Origin: an uncultured Candidatus Saccharibacteria bacterium
Lineage (GTDB): Bacteria; Patescibacteriota; UBA1384; XYA2-FULL-43-10; 1-14-0-10-43-13
DNA length: 64,000 nt
Assembly (NCBI GenBank): GCA_964364265.1
Contig: CAYILA010000003.1
Span: forward strand, 19,959 to 83,958
Reading direction: 5' to 3'
The notes beneath the pieces were generated by a model that made no database searches, had not been told where the DNA came from, and was given only the letters and a program-made list of their open reading frames with translations. Position 1 is the stretch's first letter. Every line of letters starts with the position of its first letter. Positions 60,024 through 64,000 of the stretch are shown one piece after another. A program made the position numbers and the translations under genes.

Positions 60024-60099
60024 GTAATTTCTAATTTCTAATCACTAAACAATTCTCCATTTCCAATTCCTACTTATTTGACATTAGAAATTAGAAATT
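60024..60099 (-). promoter_or_regulatory. Structured rpsM leader: 17-bp perfect inverted repeat (AAUUUCUAAUUUCUAAU / AUUAGAAAUUAGAAAUU) flanking a GGAG-containing loop
   Basis: The arms pair in the mRNA. The 3' arm ends 5 nt before the AUG, and the only SD-like GGAG lies in the loop. A direct repeat TTGACAT x2 is also present on the + strand. Confidence 0.4.
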
Positions 60100-60121
60100 T
60101 GACATTGCCGCCTCTGGCGGC

Positions 60122-60268
60122 CTACCCCTGCCTTTGCTTGTGTTTTGGATTTTCGCAAATAACAAACAAGCGTCTCTTCGCTCCCGGGCGCTTTGTTTTG
60201 CTCATCTTGCTTCGCAAAATTATTTTACATTTGCTGCACATTTTTTTGATTGATGCTTGAACTTTCAT
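60122..60268 (-). CDS. rpmJ: 50S ribosomal protein L36 (48 aa, with about 10-aa insertion in the zinc-ribbon loop)
   Basis: Not in the ORF track. [48 protein letters not shown] matches MKV.aSvKk.C..CkiikRrgrv.[13 protein letters not shown]. Confidence 0.7.
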   Translation of the reverse strand: MKVQASIKKMCSKCKIILRSKMSKTKRPGAKRRLFVICENPKHKQRQG

Positions 60269-60312
60269 TGTACCTTTTTAACACTAAAAAACGACTAAAC
60301 CAGCTGTCATTT

Positions 60313-60546
60313 TTAGGAATTTCTTTCCGGATTTATTCTTCTCGTAATTCTGCCTCGACTTAAATCGTACGGCGTCAACTCGACGGTTACTTTATCTCCC
60401 GCCATGACTTGAATTCGATTTTGAATCATTCTTCCGGAAAGATAGCCCAATACCATATGACCGTTGTCTAGTTCGATTCTAAGTTTCGAATCAGGCAATA
60501 CCTCTGTCACATTACCCGTTACTTCAATTACATCTTTTCTTGTCAT
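60313..60546 (-). CDS. infA: Translation initiation factor IF-1
   Basis: S1-like OB fold (...GYLSGRMIQNRIQVMAGDKVTVELTPYDLSRGRITRR). Confidence 0.95.
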   Translation of the reverse strand: MTRKDVIEVTGNVTEVLPDSKLRIELDNGHMVLGYLSGRMIQNRIQVMAGDKVTVELTPYDLSRGRITRRINPERNS

Positions 60547-60601
60547 ATTGTGATTTCTTTAAGAATTTAACATATTTGGACATGTAAGTCAACACTTGCG
60601 G

Positions 60602-61360
60602 CTAGCGCGTAACAATAACCGTCTTGCCGTCAATGATTACAACCGTATCTTCAAAATGAGCGCAGTTGGAGCCGTCCTTCATCGTCACTGTCCAGCCGTC
60701 CTCCTTGGTTTTAACTTTGTTTGAACCGGTACTTAACATCGGTTCGATCGCCAAGGCCATGCCGTTTTTAATCGACGGGCCAAGCAATCCGTCGCCGTAA
60801 TTTGGAATCTGCGGTTCCATATGAAGCTCGGTACCAATCCCGTGCCCGACCAATTCTTTAACAACTGACAAACCGCGCTTATTGGCCTCTTCCTCAATCC
60901 TTTTTCCGATCATACCGATATTTTGGTCCGGTTTTGCGGCCGATACACCGATTTCAAGACATTTTTTAGTTATATCAATCAATTCATGGTCATTTTCCGA
61001 TATTTTACCGACTCCGACTGTTCTGGCCATGTCGGTGTGTACTCCTTTGAAATAGGCGCCGGCATCAATCGAAACGATATCGCCTTCCTTTAATACATCC
61101 TCTTTTGAGGGCAATCCGTGGACAAGATCGGCATTTTTCGAGATACAGGAAGAGCTTGGGTAAAATTCTCCGCCGACTTCATAATTCAAAAATGAGGACG
61201 CCGCCCCGCGTTTTTTAAGTTCGGATTCGATGAACTGGTTAATCTCAAAAGTTGAAACACCGGGTTTTACTAGTTTCAAAACAGAATCAAAAACTTCGGC
61301 CAGAATATGGCCGCACACTTTAATATCTTCGATTTGTTTCTGGCTTAAAATTAAAAACAT
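60602..61360 (-). CDS. map: Methionine aminopeptidase type I
   Basis: Pita-bread fold with metal ligands D..D..H..E..E (VCGHI, SIDAGAYFKGVHTD, LVGHGIG). Confidence 0.95.
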   Translation of the reverse strand: MFLILSQKQIEDIKVCGHILAEVFDSVLKLVKPGVSTFEINQFIESELKKRGAASSFLNYEVGGEFYPSSSCISKNADLVHGLPSKEDVLKEGDIVSIDAGAYFKGVHTDMARTVGVGKISENDHELIDITKKCLEIGVSAAKPDQNIGMIGKRIEEEANKRGLSVVKELVGHGIGTELHMEPQIPNYGDGLLGPSIKNGMALAIEPMLSTGSNKVKTKEDGWTVTMKDGSNCAHFEDTVVIIDGKTVIVTR

Positions 61361-61388
61361 ATATTAATATGCCCGATTTTTGATAGTT

Positions 61389-62063
61389 TTAATTATTTGA
61401 AAATTGTAAAAGAGATCTTTCAATTTCTTCTTTGACTTCCTGAATTGATTTTTCGCCGTCGATGATGATCAGACGGCCGGCTTGTTTGAATAACCTGGTA
61501 ACCTCTTCGATTCTTGGAATGTATTGCCCGATTCGTTTTCTGACCACTTCCTCTTTGTCGTCCGCCCGCGAAACCAAAGCGCCGCCGCAGGATTCGCACA
61601 TCGTGGTTTCACTCTCAATATAGATCTTGCCGCAGATTGAACAGACCTTTCTGTGGATGATTCGGTTGACTGAAGATTCGGGATCGATTTTTAAGTAAAT
61701 CACCAGCGGTTCCCGCCACTTTTTCTCTTTAGCATAATTATTTAACATATTTGCTTGTTCAAAAGAAAAAGGGAAGTTATCGAAGATAATGCCGGTTTCT
61801 CTTTTTTCCAATTCTTTCTTAACTAAATCAAAAACAATATCATCGGGTTGGGGAGTTCCCTCGATGTAGCGTTTATTGATTTCAGCGACAAATGGATCTT
61901 TTGGATTAGATGACTCTATTTCTTTTCTAATCAATTCACCGATACCGACAATCGGAAGGTTCTCCTTCCTTGATAAAAATTCCGCCTGCGTCCCTTTTCC
62001 TGAACCGGGCAACCCCAAAATAGTAAATATTTTTCTTTGAATTTCCATATTAATACGCGTCAT
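61389..62063 (-). CDS. adk: Adenylate kinase (zinc-lid type)
   Basis: P-loop GLPGSGKGTQ and LID with C..C...C..C. Confidence 0.9.
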   Translation of the reverse strand: MTRINMEIQRKIFTILGLPGSGKGTQAEFLSRKENLPIVGIGELIRKEIESSNPKDPFVAEINKRYIEGTPQPDDIVFDLVKKELEKRETGIIFDNFPFSFEQANMLNNYAKEKKWREPLVIYLKIDPESSVNRIIHRKVCSICGKIYIESETTMCESCGGALVSRADDKEEVVRKRIGQYIPRIEEVTRLFKQAGRLIIIDGEKSIQEVKEEIERSLLQFSNN

Positions 62064-63321
62064 AAGTATGCATTACGATTTGGGCCTCGATCTGACGCAT
62101 TGTCTCAACTACTACTGAAACGATAATTAAAATTCCGGTACCACCGAGTGAAAAAGTGGTGATGTGGGTAATGCCTTCGACGATGAACGGCAAAATGGCG
62201 ATCAAACCCAAAAATATCGAACCAAAAAGAGTTATTCTGGTAATTACCTTGCCCAAATATTCCCTGGTTTCGCTACCGGGACGGATCCCGGGGATAAATC
62301 CGCTCTGTTTCTGAAGATTTTCGGCAATTTGCTCCGGCTTAAAGACAATACTGGTATAAAAATAAGTGAAAAATACCACCAAAAAAAAGTAGACTATTCC
62401 GTGATAAGTCTGATTAGCAAAAAATTCTCCGACCGCTTTGGCGGAATTGGCGATCCAAGGGGTATAAGCGTTTTCCAAATATTTTGATAGCACTGACGGT
62501 AAGACCAGCAAACTCAAAGCAAAGATAATCGGGATGACGCCGGCGATATTTACCTTGATTGGCAGGAAATTATTGACTGCGCCGCTGCCGGAGTAACGCA
62601 TTTTTCTGGCGTAGGAAATCGGAATTTTCCTCTCCCCCTCTTGAACAAAAACGATTGCGCCGACAACAAATATGATTGCCGCCAGCAGTACGATTGCGCC
62701 GATTATCTTACCGGTATCGCCCGATTGAACCAGAGCGACTGTATTTCTAATCTGAGTCGGCATACCTGAAATAATCCCAAGTGAGATAATTAAGGAAACG
62801 CCGTTGCCGATCCCCTTTTCCGAAATAATTTCACCCAACCACATCAAAAGCATGGTGCCGGCAGTCACTGAAATCAGCATGACGGCAAGGTCGAAAGGCG
62901 TCCAAGTCGGGATAATGCCTTGATTACGAAGCAATACCAACATACTGTAAGCCTGTACCAAAGCCAGCGGCACGGTCGCCATTCGAGTGTATTGGTTGAT
63001 TTTTTTTCGTCCCGCTTCTCCCTCTTTTTGCAACTCCTCGACCGCCGGAAATATCATTCCGAGTAATTGGAAAACGATTGAAGAAGTAATGTAAGGTCCG
63101 ACACCCATCAGAATAATTGAGAAATTACTCATCGTTCCGCCGGAAAACATATTGAGAAGTCCGAAGGCCTGGTTTTGTTCGAAAAAGGTCTGCAGGCGGG
63201 AAATGTCAACGCCGGGAAGCGGGATATGGGCCAAAAGTCTAGTAACCGCCAAAATACCGACTGTTATGATTATTTTCAGCCGCAGGTCTTTATATCTCCA
63301 TATTTTTTCCAGTTTTTCCAT
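62050..63321 (-). CDS. secY: Preprotein translocase subunit SecY
   Basis: 10-TM SecY pattern (GVGPYITSSIVFQLL, plug and hinge motifs). Confidence 0.95.
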   Translation of the reverse strand: MEKLEKIWRYKDLRLKIIITVGILAVTRLLAHIPLPGVDISRLQTFFEQNQAFGLLNMFSGGTMSNFSIILMGVGPYITSSIVFQLLGMIFPAVEELQKEGEAGRKKINQYTRMATVPLALVQAYSMLVLLRNQGIIPTWTPFDLAVMLISVTAGTMLLMWLGEIISEKGIGNGVSLIISLGIISGMPTQIRNTVALVQSGDTGKIIGAIVLLAAIIFVVGAIVFVQEGERKIPISYARKMRYSGSGAVNNFLPIKVNIAGVIPIIFALSLLVLPSVLSKYLENAYTPWIANSAKAVGEFFANQTYHGIVYFFLVVFFTYFYTSIVFKPEQIAENLQKQSGFIPGIRPGSETREYLGKVITRITLFGSIFLGLIAILPFIVEGITHITTFSLGGTGILIIVSVVVETMRQIEAQIVMHTYDAY

Positions 63322-63404
63322 ATTCCTACACTACCCAATCCGTGCCTATAAGTCAATCGTATTGGAGCACATTTAATCCTTCTTTACTATTCTTTTCTCC
63401 AACA

Positions 63405-63815
63405 CTATTGTCCGGCGCCGTATTGACCTGAAAAACCTCCCTTTTTAGGGAGTAATTTTACAGTCAAAACAAACTTCCTCGTCCCGCCGGCCGGATCGGG
63501 GACTTCATCTGTTTGATTTTTTTCCCATTCCCGCAGCAACTCGGCATTTAGGATCTCTTTAATAGTGGAGATCTCCTCCAGATTTTCCCTCATCTCAAGA
63601 GTCAGTTTTTGATTCGGACCGGTACTTACTATATTGTCTTTGATCTGCTTCTTTTTTTGGTTCGCTTCTTTTGATTCTTCAAAAGCTGTCATATACTCGG
63701 GTGAACTTTCCAACTCGCTTTTTAGCATCTCTCGGCAAGCACGCACTTCCTCCTGTAATTTTTCCAGCGCTTCAATTCTTTTCTGGATTGATTGTTCTTC
63801 CATTGCTTCTCCCAA
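63405..63815 (-). CDS. Hypothetical coiled-coil protein at the position normally occupied by rplO
   Basis: E/K-rich coiled-coil N-terminal 100 aa and a Gly-rich basic tail (GGTRKFVLTVKLLPKKGGFSGQYGAGQ). No L15 motifs. Confidence 0.35.
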   Translation of the reverse strand: MGEAMEEQSIQKRIEALEKLQEEVRACREMLKSELESSPEYMTAFEESKEANQKKKQIKDNIVSTGPNQKLTLEMRENLEEISTIKEILNAELLREWEKNQTDEVPDPAGGTRKFVLTVKLLPKKGGFSGQYGAGQ

Positions 63816-63897
63816 ATAATAGATTTATGTACCGAATTTGATCGTTTTAAACATTGTCTCAAACTGTTCGATAAGGCTGCTTCCTGAAGATATCAGA

Positions 63898-64000
63898 TTA
63901 ATCTCCCAAATCGATCCGCTGTTGTTTATAAAATATGTTTTGGTCGTAATCTTTGAATCGGCCTTTACCAGAGGATTTGGAGAGACCAGATATGTCGGTA
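63898..64000 (-). CDS. Unidentified gene, C-terminal fragment running off the window's right edge
   Basis: Minus-strand frame ends ...SGLSKSSGKGRFKDYDQNIFYKQQRIDLGD* with the stop at 63898-63900. Too short to assign. Confidence 0.25.
   Translation of the reverse strand, partial: TDISGLSKSSGKGRFKDYDQNIFYKQQRIDLGD

Noticed and set aside
63405-63815. Calling the 136-aa ORF ribosomal protein L15 on positional grounds
   Set aside because: Lacks the Gly/Arg-rich GRG.GSG.GKT.GRG.KG core of L15 and is coiled-coil dominated.
1-64000. CRISPR arrays, integrase/transposase genes, rRNA genes
   Set aside because: No regularly spaced direct repeats with unique spacers were seen. No tyrosine or serine recombinase or DDE transposase motifs were found in any frame near the islets or tRNAs. 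No rRNA-like segments were noticed.

Overview
This 64 kb window reads as a low-GC, compact, gene-dense, mostly minus-strand genome segment from a streamlined bacterium. Its features (bifunctional PGI/PMI, sortase, PEGA, DUF3048, many short proteins) are consistent with a Patescibacteria/CPR-like lineage; that placement is inference only. Nearly every long ORF has a recognisable motif-level identity. The main blocks are: division and cell-wall genes (ftsZ-ftsA, murB-tagA-GT4-GT4-mreB-murA, dacA, sortase); translation (hisS, aspS, pheST, leuS, rpsU, rpmF, and the S10/alpha-operon tail secY-adk-map-infA-rpmJ-rpsM-rpsK-rpsD-rpoA-rplQ plus rplM-rpsI); transcription (nusA, nusB, rnc, lexA, nrdR, an ECF sigma with an anti-sigma-like partner); sugar-nucleotide and glycolysis genes (manC, pmm, PGI/PMI, gpmI plus a degenerate gpmI paralog, eno, ldh); and two tRNAs (Leu-CAA, Ala-GGC). 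Several places do not fit this housekeeping background. (1) A small GIY-YIG (YhbQ-like) nuclease ORF sits next to tRNA-Ala and is flanked by a 17-bp duplication of the tRNA 5' end. (2) Two compositionally anomalous GC-rich islets interrupt the AT-rich background: a roughly 0.5 kb islet (29.6-30.1 kb) encoding a secreted LysM-like mini-protein, and a roughly 1.4 kb islet (38.4-39.85 kb) encoding an alpha-helical repeat protein at the 3' side of tRNA-Leu. (3) A roughly 380 bp ORF-free stretch of nested palindromes lies beside the first islet. (4) A divergent, apparently catalytically dead iPGM paralog follows gpmI in tandem. (5) A conserved roughly 30-nt leader motif sits directly upstream of the rpmF, rpsK and pheT start codons, and a related TTCGTAATTT-type repeat family recurs in several spacers. 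(6) A 17-bp perfect inverted repeat encloses the only SD-like element ahead of rpsM; it is a candidate S4 autoregulatory operator. (7) Tandem GC stem-loops follow the lytic transglycosylase gene. (8) An uncharacterised coiled-coil ORF occupies the position upstream of secY where rplO is normally found. Nothing here was searched against a database; all identities are motif-level recognition.
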